From NCBI GenBank assembly GCA_963785305.1, contig CAWAUV010000008.1, positions 768,001 to 832,000 on the forward strand: DNA of 64,000 nt, read 5' to 3'. Of this stretch, positions 41,016 through 50,237 are shown one piece after another. A program made the translations under genes and the position numbers. Position 1 is the first letter of the stretch. Each line of letters opens with the position of its first letter. The notes beneath the pieces were generated by a model. The model saw nothing but the letters and a program-made list of their open reading frames with translations, did no database searches and was not told the DNA's origin. This stretch comes from an uncultured Planctomycetaceae bacterium. GTDB lineage: Bacteria; Planctomycetota; Planctomycetia; Pirellulales; PALSA-1355.

Positions 41016-42114
41016 CTATAGAATCAGCATCGCGTCGCCGTAGCTGTAGAAGCGGTATTCTTCCTCGATCGCTTGTTCATAAGCGCGGCGCATGAGGGCG
41101 TCGCCGCCGAAGGCGCGAACCAGCACCAAGAGCGTCGAGCGCGGCAAGTGAAAATTCGTCAGCAACGCATCGACGCCCTTGAACGCATACGGCGGTCGGA
41201 TGAACAGATTGGTCGGGCCTTCGAACGGCGCGATCTGGCCATCGCGGGCCGCGGTTTCAAGCACTCGGGCCGCCGTGGTGCCCACCGCCACCACGCGCCG
41301 GCCGGCGGCCTTCACCGCCGCGAGCCGCGTGCCCACATCGGCCTCCAGCCGAATCCACTCGGAATGCATGCGATGGTCGTCCAATCGATCGACGCCGATC
41401 GGGCGGAAGGTGTCGAGCCCCACATGGAGCGTCACTTGTTCGAGACCGACTCCAGCCTTTGCCAGACGGCCAAGCAGTTCGCTGGTGAAGTGCAAGCCGG
41501 CCGTGGGCGCGGCGGCGGAGCCGGGTTCCCGGGCATATACGGTTTGATAGCGCTCGCGATCCGATTCGGTCATGCGCCCACCGCGAATATAGTGCGGAAG
41601 CGGCACATGGCCCACGCGATCGAGCATGGCGAGCGTTCGCCGCCGCGGCGATCCGGCCGCTTCGGTGTCCTCATCATCGGGCCACGGAAAGGCGGGGTCG
41701 GGTTCGGGCGCGGCCAGCCATGCGCCGCCCGGCTCGCGCGAGCAGCCGCAGCCGCACCTCGCGGCGCCCTTCGGCGTCGACGAGTTGGATCATTTCGCCG
41801 GGCCGCGCCTTGCCACGGGTCTTGGCCAGCATTCGCCACACGCCATGTTCATCGGCCGCCAGGAATAGGCCCTCCCATCGGCCGCCGGTCTCGCTCCGAA
41901 AACCAAACAGCCGCGCCGGCACGACCCGACTATTGTTCACCACCAAACAGTCGCCCGGCGCGAGCACTTCGGGCAAGTCGCGGACATGGCGCCCCTCGAT
42001 CGAGCCGGCGCGGCGATCGATCACCATCAAGCGCGCATCGGCCCGCCGGGCAAGCGGATGCTGGGCGATGAGCGCCTGCGGCAAGCGATAGTCGTAGTCG
42101 TCGATTTCGGACAT
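41016..42114 (-). CDS. queA: SAM:tRNA ribosyltransferase-isomerase QueA, frameshifted near 41630-41730
   Basis: DYDYRLPQALIAQHP, VNNSRVVPARL, PLPHYI, AAPTAGLHF, TNFHLPRST and YRFYSYGDAM. Confidence 0.95.
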
Positions 42115-42253
42115 CCGCGTAAAACTCTCGGGACCGCGGGGTGAACATTCTAGGGGACAATTGCGAAAAACCATCGTCCGACAATAAAGCAAAACAGCCC
42201 GGCGAGGCCGAGCCGCGTGCGTCGATGCCGAGCCGCGCGGGGGCGTGGCGCCG

Positions 42254-43363
42254 TTATTTCTCGGCTGGGACTTCGGTGGCCGCCGCCGCGGCGGGCGGGG
42301 CGCCGAGGTCGATATACACATCGAGCTGTTGGCCCACATAGAGCCGCTGGCCGGCCTTGCCGGGATCGCGCTCAAACGCGTAGATCACGGGCAACACGCG
42401 CGTGTCGACCCGTTCCGTATTGTCGCCGGTGAGCGACTTCTTGGGAACCACATATGGTTCGACGCGCACGAAACGCAGGGCAAAGTCGCGCTTCGATTGT
42501 CCGCGCAGCGTGCCACGCGCCGGGGCGCCCGGCACAAACCGCGGAATGTCGTGCTCGTCGATATCGACGCGCACATGCATTTCATCCAAATTGCCGATCA
42601 GCACCAGTGGCTTGTTCGCCGGCGCCGCCACGAACTCGCCCGGCCGCACTTCCACTTGCAGCACCACGCCCTCGACAAGGCTCCGCACCACGAGTCGCTC
42701 GAGCTCGGCTTCGATCTGCTGCTGCTGGGCGACCATTTGGGCGAGCGCGGCCCGCGAAATGTCGATCTCATAGCTCCAGGCGCCCGAACGGGTCATTTCG
42801 CATTCGATGCGGGCCTTGTCGAACTTGGCTTTGCAGGCGTGGAATACTTGCTCGCGTGTTTTCAGTTCCGAGTCGGTCGTGGCATGGCGCTCGGCCAGGG
42901 CCCGACTACGCTCATACTGATCTTTTTGGTCGAGCATGTTGGCGCGGGCTTCTTCGAGCTGCGCCTCCATCATCCGCAAATTTTCCGGGCGGGGCATGTG
43001 CTCGAGCTTGGCCAGATCGGCCTGGGCGCTGGCCACGGCGGCCTTGCGGGCCAGGAGATCGGCCTTGAGCAAACGGTCGTCGAGTCGAAACAGCGGCGAC
43101 CCGACCTCGACATGGTCTTCGACTTTGACAAACACCTCGACCACCACGCCGGCCACGGGCGAGCCGATGGCGATGTTCTCGGTGGCGGCTTCAATCAGCC
43201 CGGCCCCGGCCACGGTCGAGGCGAAGGGATTGCGAGTCGGCTCGATGATCGGCGGACGATGGCTTTCGGGCTTTTGGGCCGTGGTGACATGCACCACGGC
43301 AAACACGATCGCCACGACGGCCAAGAGCGGCAGCAAGAATCGAGTAAAAACCCCGCTCACCAC
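42254..43363 (-). CDS. HlyD-family periplasmic adaptor (membrane fusion protein)
   Basis: N-terminal TM, VAGAGLIE, lipoyl-like halves around a coiled coil, VRVDIDE and VDTRVL. Confidence 0.88.
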   Translation of the reverse strand: MVSGVFTRFLLPLLAVVAIVFAVVHVTTAQKPESHRPPIIEPTRNPFASTVAGAGLIEAATENIAIGSPVAGVVVEVFVKVEDHVEVGSPLFRLDDRLLKADLLARKAAVASAQADLAKLEHMPRPENLRMMEAQLEEARANMLDQKDQYERSRALAERHATTDSELKTREQVFHACKAKFDKARIECEMTRSGAWSYEIDISRAALAQMVAQQQQIEAELERLVVRSLVEGVVLQVEVRPGEFVAAPANKPLVLIGNLDEMHVRVDIDEHDIPRFVPGAPARGTLRGQSKRDFALRFVRVEPYVVPKKSLTGDNTERVDTRVLPVIYAFERDPGKAGQRLYVGQQLDVYIDLGAPPAAAAATEVPAEK

Positions 43364-43466
43364 GAAACCCTCCAGGTTGCTAGTCGGGCCGCGAAGTGTC
43401 GCGGCCGCGCGCCCTCCGCATTATATCGCCGGCGCCCAATCCAGGCGATGCGGACTTGTCACGAGG

Positions 43467-43496
43467 TTAGCGGCCTGTCGAGATATTCGACAGGCT
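43467..43496. repeat. Hairpin matching the end of the 45082-45234 element in inverted orientation
   Basis: TTAGCGGCCTGTCGAGATATTCGACAGGCT is 26/30 identical to the reverse complement of 45205-45234. Confidence 0.75.
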
Positions 43497-44005
43497 ATTA
43501 GGATTCGCGATCAGATAACTTCCCAGACGTCCTTGGGCATGACAAACGAGCTCCAGCGTGGCAAAGACCGGGTCGAACCGGATTGGTAATTCATTTACGC
43601 CGCGAGCGCTTGCTCGTTCGCCGATTTCATGGAGGCCGCACGGTCTCCGCGCGAATACCCGCGGCCCGGCGCCGGTCGTGACCCGCGAGCCGAGGAACGC
43701 CGAAGGCAAACCCCTCGCCGCCGCGAATCGCCGCCTCGTCGCCCATCGCCTCGTCGCTAGCCTCGCGGCCCCGCCGGCGGCGACGCGTAATTCGCCGCAA
43801 TCGACCTTCCCCCTAGGGGATGCCAACAGGCGAGGAATAAGGAGCTTCACCACCGACTCAACTGCCCCAAAACCAATGCGCGCGTATCGACGGACATTAC
43901 CGAAGCCCCGCGGCGATCAAAGCAACGAAACGCGCCGTGCTGGTCGACGTCGATTTTGATGTAACCGATAGACGCGCGAGAGCCATTTCGGTGTCTCTGG
44001 AGGGA

Positions 44006-44851
44006 TTAGTTTTTATCCACGCTCGCCTTCTTGCTCGGCGGCGTCTTTCCCGTTTCCGGCGAGGCTTGGGCGGCGGGGTCGTCGGCGCGCATGAAGAACA
44101 TCAGGTGTTGCCAGGGCAAGCGGTCGAATTGCTCGACCAGACGGAATCCGGCCGGCTCGAACTCCTTGAGAATCTGCTTCTTCGTCATCTTGTGAAGCAG
44201 CTTGATCGGCACATTGCGGTCTTCGAGCCGAAACTCGGCCAGCGCCACCCGTCCGCCGGGTCGCAAGCTCTTGTGAATGGCGTTGAGCATCTGCTCGGGA
44301 TAGCTGAACTCGTGGTAGACATCGACCAAGAGCACGAGATCGAGCGTCGCCTCGCCCAAGCGCGGATCGGCCGGCCCGCCGAGCACGAGTTTTACATTTC
44401 GCACTTGATCGTCCTTGGCCCGAGCCTCGAGCATTTTGAGCATCTCGGGCTGGATATCGACGCACACGATTTTTCCCTCGTCGCCCACGAACCGGGCCAT
44501 TTTGAGGGCATAGAATCCGTTGCCGCAGCCCATGTCGCACACGGTCTGGCCCGGCTTGAGTTTCAAGGCGTCGAGCAGCAGGGTGCAATCTTCCTCGCGC
44601 TCGCGCGAATCGCGCATCAGCCAGGGGGCGCCCTGGAAATGCATGGTGTCGGCGATCTGGCGACCTTTGTAGGCGCGCAGCGGCGGCGGCAGTTTGTCGC
44701 TGTCCGCGGCGGCGTCGCTCGCGGCGGACGTGGCCGTGGCATTCTCATCGGCCGCCCACAGCCGCTGCCGATCGACCGCGCTAGCCTGCAACATCCAGGC
44801 CAAGCCGAGCAAGCCAACTCGAACCGATGCGCATCGGAGAAGGGAAGCCAT
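44006..44851 (-). CDS. Exported class I SAM-dependent methyltransferase
   Basis: Signal-like N-terminus, DMGCGNG, VDIQPEM, VDVYHEF and LRPGGR. Confidence 0.9.
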   Translation of the reverse strand: MASLLRCASVRVGLLGLAWMLQASAVDRQRLWAADENATATSAASDAAADSDKLPPPLRAYKGRQIADTMHFQGAPWLMRDSREREEDCTLLLDALKLKPGQTVCDMGCGNGFYALKMARFVGDEGKIVCVDIQPEMLKMLEARAKDDQVRNVKLVLGGPADPRLGEATLDLVLLVDVYHEFSYPEQMLNAIHKSLRPGGRVALAEFRLEDRNVPIKLLHKMTKKQILKEFEPAGFRLVEQFDRLPWQHLMFFMRADDPAAQASPETGKTPPSKKASVDKN

Positions 44852-45081
44852 GAAATAAGGTTCTCATTCGCCGGAGGTAAAATAGGTCTAACTCCGACTT
44901 TCGCGGTTTTCAAAAGTTCCGATAGCCCGATTCGTCGTGGTTTCTCCGATTTCGGCGCGTTTCCGGCAACCTTCGGCCTCTCGGTAACATGCAAAAATTG
45001 GCAGTTCGGCCGTCAAACTGTGCAAAACCCACGAGAAATCGGCGATTCGAGTGCTAGCAAAAAACGCGAAACTTGAACTAA

Positions 45082-45234
45082 CAGCCTGTTTACAAATGCC
45101 TTCGCGGCATTTGTAAACCTCGCCAATCGCCGAGCAAAGCTCGTCGCGGCTCACAAAATAACGACTTACGTCGTTTTTTTGACACCGCATCCATGCGGCG
45201 GCACAGCCTGTTGAATATTTCAACAGGCTGCTAA
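45082..45234. repeat. About 150-nt multi-hairpin element (MITE-like or structured repeat)
   Basis: Stems GTTTACAAATGCC/GGCATTTGTAAAC, AACGAC/GTCGTT with AT-rich extension, CCGCAT/ATGCGG and CAGCCTGTTGAA/TTCAACAGGCTG; starts ACAGCCTGT and ends ACAGGCTG. Confidence 0.7.
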
Positions 45235-47660
45235 TCGATCTTCACCCAAAACGGACGCAGCCGTTCGCCGCGCGTGCGAACATCTTCCAGCAGTGTTTCC
45301 AGGTCGGGGCCCGGGCTCGAGCGGCCGGGGGTTTTGATCTTTTGGGCGTTCACCGTCACCTTGATCGGTTGATTGAAATCAACCATGTCGGGCGTGAGCC
45401 AAACACTCACCTTGCGGGCGCCGGTGCGCACCGTGATCGTATTGCCCTTGATCGAGGCGTCGAGCGTCACGGGGTGAAAGCCTCGCTTCGGCGGCCAATC
45501 GGCGGGCAGGACAATGCCGGCCGGCGGCAGTTCGTCGAGCTGCATCCAGTAGAAGAAATTATCCCACGGCCGCATCGTCACCGCGTTGATCGAGCGCGGC
45601 GCGAAATTGCGTTCCTTCTTGCCCATCCATTCGAAGATGCGCTGAATCTCGTCGGAAAAATGCTCGTGCCCGCGGCCTAGATATTCCACCACCGTCACGT
45701 CAAACGGCATGCTCTGACTGCGGAAATAGCGGTCGAGAAACTTGGCGTTGACCACCGTCTTGTCTCCATCGAGCTCGCCACCCACGAAATAAAACGGCAC
45801 CAGCGCGCCGTTTGTCCAATAAAGGGCGCAATATTTGTCGCCCCGGGCCACGATCGGAATCACGCCGGCCCAGAGGTCGGGATGCGCCAGCGCCAGGTCC
45901 CAAGCGGCGTCGCCGCCCATCGAATGGCCCGATAGGTACACGCGGTCGGTGTCGATCGAAAATCGCCGGCAGGCGTCGCGCAGGCTCGACAGCACCGTGT
46001 GATGCTCGCGGGCCGAGTAGCCGTAGCTCTTTTGGCCCTCTTTGATCCAGTCGATCGCCACGACAATATACCCATTGCGCATCGCTTGCCCGCGCCGCAT
46101 GCCGTTGGCGTCGCGACCGCCGGCCCACCAGTCGAGCTGATGCGAGGGGCGCGTGCCGGCGCCGTTGAGGGTGATGATCGTCGGATAGCGATGGTAGGGA
46201 TCGTATTCCGGCGGCAGTTGCACATAGTAGGGCGTCGGCGGCTCGCCATCCAGGCCGGGAGTCGAGAGCTCATAGAAGCCAGGAGTTTCGGCCGGCGGCT
46301 CCGGAGTGGGAATCGGCGGTTTCATGTGCGCGATGATCGCCGCCACGGCGCTGGGCGATCCCGCTTCCTGGCTCTTGATTTGCCGCAAGAGCTCCTCGCG
46401 CTTGAGCGTGAGCGGCTCGTTGAGATATTGGGTCGCGAGCTCGCGCACATCGAGCATCGAAAGCGCGACCGGAAGATTCGTGATCGCGTCGTTGCCGCCC
46501 ACGAGCCACCCGCTGATCGCCAGCGCCAACTTGTCTTCGTTGCCGAGCTTGTCGTCGGCCCCGAGCCGGATATAGCCACTCATGCGGTCGAGGGTGTCGA
46601 TCGCCAGATCGTTCTTGATTTCGGCCACCGCGGCTTTGGACCGCCGGGCCAGCGAGGGCTCGCGCAGCTCGTCGGCGCGGGCCTTGAGCGAGGTAACGAT
46701 GTCGACGCCCTGCTGCTTGATCTGGGCAAACTCGGCCAGCAGTTCGCGCACTTGTTGCAAGGTCTCGCCGGCGATGTCCTCGCGCGGAAAATCCTCGAGC
46801 AGCGACTGCGCCAAACGAGGCTGCGCCACTTTGCGACGCAAGGCGATCTCGTCGAGAATGCGGCGGGCATTCAGTTGCTTGAGCTCGCGAACGAGCGTCT
46901 TCAGCCCTTCGTCTCGCGGAAAATCATTTAATAGCGCTTCGACTTCAACCTGCGCGTCGGTAAAACGCTCGGCCTGCAAAAACAGCTTCGAGACCAAACG
47001 CCGCTGATCGATGTTCTTGGGATCGATCTGCCGGGCGACGATCGCGTTGAGCGTCTCGCGCGGAATCGAGCTCGTGGCCAGCCGACAGTCCCACACGAAT
47101 GGCTGCTTGCCCGCCACGAGGCCCTCGACTTTGGTCCACAGCGGCGTGATCAGGGTGATGCCTTGAATCACGTCGAGACGGCCGATTTCCGACGACATGG
47201 AAAATGTGCGGCGGCCATAGGCGTCGAACGGCGTGATCGCGAGCACATCGCCCACATGGCCAATGCGCGCCCCGCTCGTGACCACGCGCTGCGGAATGCG
47301 GATCTTCTCGATCTTGCGATGGCCGGCCACATTGACTTGGGCGACTTGCTTGTTGGGCACATAGGTGCGGCGTAGGTCATCGTCGACCATGACGATCGGC
47401 GTGAAGCCCGGCTGATTTTGATTCGTGCCCTTGGTCGGATCGTTGGCCATTTCGCCAAGCGTGGCCACGGTGCCTTCGAGCACGCGACCGTCCTTGAGCG
47501 TAATGACGTCGGCCCGCGCGTCGACGCCCGAAACGAGGCCCAGCAGCATTACGGCGGCGATGAGCGCCGGACGGCGAAAAAGAAGATCGACGCGAATCGC
47601 GAGCGTGGCGAGCCGACTTGGCGCCGCAACAATGGGCAGGTCTCGAATATGCGCCGCCAT
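45231..47660 (-). CDS. Large exported protein with C-terminal alpha/beta hydrolase (esterase/peptidase) domain
   Basis: GHSMGG nucleophile elbow, GELD and GRGHE; ATG 47660 after GGAGG. Confidence 0.85.
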   Translation of the reverse strand: MAAHIRDLPIVAAPSRLATLAIRVDLLFRRPALIAAVMLLGLVSGVDARADVITLKDGRVLEGTVATLGEMANDPTKGTNQNQPGFTPIVMVDDDLRRTYVPNKQVAQVNVAGHRKIEKIRIPQRVVTSGARIGHVGDVLAITPFDAYGRRTFSMSSEIGRLDVIQGITLITPLWTKVEGLVAGKQPFVWDCRLATSSIPRETLNAIVARQIDPKNIDQRRLVSKLFLQAERFTDAQVEVEALLNDFPRDEGLKTLVRELKQLNARRILDEIALRRKVAQPRLAQSLLEDFPREDIAGETLQQVRELLAEFAQIKQQGVDIVTSLKARADELREPSLARRSKAAVAEIKNDLAIDTLDRMSGYIRLGADDKLGNEDKLALAISGWLVGGNDAITNLPVALSMLDVRELATQYLNEPLTLKREELLRQIKSQEAGSPSAVAAIIAHMKPPIPTPEPPAETPGFYELSTPGLDGEPPTPYYVQLPPEYDPYHRYPTIITLNGAGTRPSHQLDWWAGGRDANGMRRGQAMRNGYIVVAIDWIKEGQKSYGYSAREHHTVLSSLRDACRRFSIDTDRVYLSGHSMGGDAAWDLALAHPDLWAGVIPIVARGDKYCALYWTNGALVPFYFVGGELDGDKTVVNAKFLDRYFRSQSMPFDVTVVEYLGRGHEHFSDEIQRIFEWMGKKERNFAPRSINAVTMRPWDNFFYWMQLDELPPAGIVLPADWPPKRGFHPVTLDASIKGNTITVRTGARKVSVWLTPDMVDFNQPIKVTVNAQKIKTPGRSSPGPDLETLLEDVRTRGERLRPFWVKID

Positions 47661-47912
47661 GACGCCTCCCTGGTATGCGAATGCACCCGCCCGCGGTAAC
47701 GCCGCCCGCGGCGCCGTGGCTTCCACGATTTTTCTTGGCGGGGTGGATGGGGTCCCTTTTTTCATTTTGACGGCACGGCCCGAGATGTCAAACCGGTGGA
47801 GCGCGTTGCGGGGCCCGCTCTAGCGAGGGGTTTATCGCGTGTTTTTGTCGGCGACCTCGGGGGCGAGGGGGAGGTTTGGGGCGGCAAACAGCCATGCGAA
47901 CCGCAATCGATC

Positions 47913-47983
47913 TTGACCTAGCGGTGGCGACCGGACATGATGAGAAGCGGAGCGGACTGACGAGTCAGTCCGCTCCGCTTCTC
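47913..47983 (+). promoter_or_regulatory. Sigma70-like promoter followed by a perfect 20-bp inverted repeat (likely TetR operator)
   Basis: TTGACC(47913)-N17-CATGAT(47936), then GAGAAGCGGAGCGGACTGAC-GA-GTCAGTCCGCTCCGCTTCTC (47942-47983). Confidence 0.75.
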
Positions 47984-48043
47984 GTTAAATTAGTCGTTTT
48001 CACAAACTTCTCGCGCTGCTCTCGCGAACTGCCCCACACACAC

Positions 48044-48730
48044 ATGGCGAGCCCCATCGAAAAAAAACGACCCGCCAGCCAAGCCCTGTACGCCCGACGC
48101 CAAGAACAAATCCTCGGTGTCGCCGTGCAGCTCTTCGCCGAGCAAGGCTACTCCAACGCCGATACCCAGCAGCTTGCCGAACGGCTCGGCGTGGGCAAAG
48201 GCACGCTCTATCGCTATTTCGACTGCAAACGCGAGCTCTTCCTGGCCGCCGTCGATCGCGTGATGCGCCAATTGCTGGCCACCGTGCTCGACGCCATGGC
48301 GCCGGTGACCGATCCGCTTGAAAGCCTCCGCATGGGAATCGTGGCGTTTCTCGAATTCTTCGCCGCGAACCCGGCGTTCGTCGAGCTGCTCATTCAAGAA
48401 CGAGCCCTGTTCAAGGATCGACCCAAGCCCACGTTTCAAGAGCATCGCGAGGCCAATCGGGAACGCTGGCGCCCGCTCTATCAGTCGCTGATCGACGCCG
48501 GACGCATGCGTAAGATTCCCACCGACCGCTGTATGAATGTAGTGGGCAATCAATTGTACGGCGCCATCTTCACGAACTATGTCGCGGGACAAACCATCGA
48601 CGCCGCCGATCAGGCGCGCGACCTGATCGATGTGCTCTTCCTCGGCCTGCTGAGCGATTCGGAACGTAAGGCCCAAAACGAAAGTTCACGCCCGGTCGGC
48701 GTCCAAGCGGAATCATCGACCCATGCATAA
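48044..48730 (+). CDS. TetR/AcrR family regulator
   Basis: LFAEQGY...LAERLGVGKGTLYRYFDCKRELF. Confidence 0.95.
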   Translation: MASPIEKKRPASQALYARRQEQILGVAVQLFAEQGYSNADTQQLAERLGVGKGTLYRYFDCKRELFLAAVDRVMRQLLATVLDAMAPVTDPLESLRMGIVAFLEFFAANPAFVELLIQERALFKDRPKPTFQEHREANRERWRPLYQSLIDAGRMRKIPTDRCMNVVGNQLYGAIFTNYVAGQTIDAADQARDLIDVLFLGLLSDSERKAQNESSRPVGVQAESSTHA

Positions 48731-50124
48731 CACGCCTCCAAACAATCGATATCTTGAATCTGGCGGAGCGCTCTTTCGATTGTCCGGCGGCCCGGGCTCC
48801 CGCTCCGCGCATACTCCGGCAGTGCTCGCGGCGATGGCGACTCTCGCCCTGATACTCGGCGCGGGCTGCGGCTCGCGCGACGCCGCGGCCGGCAAGGGAG
48901 GGCCACCAGGCGCGGGCGGACCGCCGGGCGCCATGAAAGTGGCGGTCATGGTGGCCACGCCCACCACCAGCGAAATGACCGACTTCGAGGACTTCACCGG
49001 CCGCACCGAAGCCGTGCGTTCGGTCAACATTCGCGCGGGCCACCGGCTACCTGGAAAAGCGACTGTTCCGCGAAGGCAGCGAAGTCGAAGAGGGCCAGTT
49101 GCTCTTCGAAATCGATCCCCGTCCCTATCAGGTCGAGGTCGAACGCGCCGAAGCCAATCTCACCCAGGCCGAAGCCCGCGTCAAACGGCTCGAGCTCGAC
49201 TATCAGCGCTCGCTTCCCATGGTCGCTTCGAAGGCGCTCAGTCCCCAGGATTTCGACCATGTGGTGAGCGACCGGGCCGAGGGCGTCGCCGCCGTGGCCG
49301 TGGCCAAAGCCCAGCGCGACACCGCGCGGCTGAATCTCAGCTTTTGTAGGGTCGTGTCGCCGATCAAGGGACGCATGGGCCGCGGCCAGATCGACCCAGG
49401 CAACATGGTTCGGGCCGACGACACGCTGCTGGCCAATGTCGTGACCCAGGATCCGATCTATGTGTATTTCGATATCGACGAACGCACCAAGCTGCGCCTC
49501 GAACACTGGGCCCAGCAGGGACGCATTCGCGCCGATCTCTCGGATATTCCCATCACAATGTCGCTCGCCGACGAATCCGATTTCCCCCACCACGGCAAAA
49601 TCAATTTCCAAGACAACCAACTCGACGCCACCACCGGCACGATCCGCGCCCGCGGCGTGTTTTCGAATCACGATCGGCTGCTGACTCCGGGCCTCTTTGT
49701 GCGCGTGCGACTGCCCGTGGGCGCCGCGTATCAAGCGCTGATGGTGGCCGATCAGGCGATCGGCGCCGATCAGGAGCGCAAGTTCGTGTATGTGGTCGAC
49801 GCGAACAATAAGATCGAGCATCGCACCATTGTCACCGGTCGCGCCCGGAATCGATTGCGCGTGGTCACCAAGGGACTCGAACCGGGCGAACGGATCGTGG
49901 TCAGCGGCTTGCAGCGAGTGCGGCCCGGGGCCGAAGTCACGACCACGCTGATCGAAATGCCGGGCCTCGGCGCCCAAGCCCAATCGCCGACCGCTCCCGT
50001 AAATTCAAATGGGCCTGAAAAAGCAAATGGGCCCGAAAAAACCGGCCGCGCCGACCAAGCCGCCCCGCCGATCAAGAACGCCGCCGAGCCGAAGTCGGCG
50101 GCTGGCAAGCCGACGATCAAATAG
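48723..50124 (+). CDS. RND efflux periplasmic adaptor (MexE/AcrA-like), frameshift near 49038
   Basis: Lipobox-like GAGC, FTGRTEAV, LFEIDPRPY, DNQLDATTGTIRAR and LTPGLFVR. Confidence 0.9.
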
Positions 50125-50237
50125 GAACGGCCAAGAAAACCTCGCCACGCCCCCTTTCCCATTCGGAGAGGATAGGGCGCGGGGGGCATTGAAAATGCCG
50201 CGATTTCCGCGGCCCCGAGAAAGCGTGGACCCGAGCC

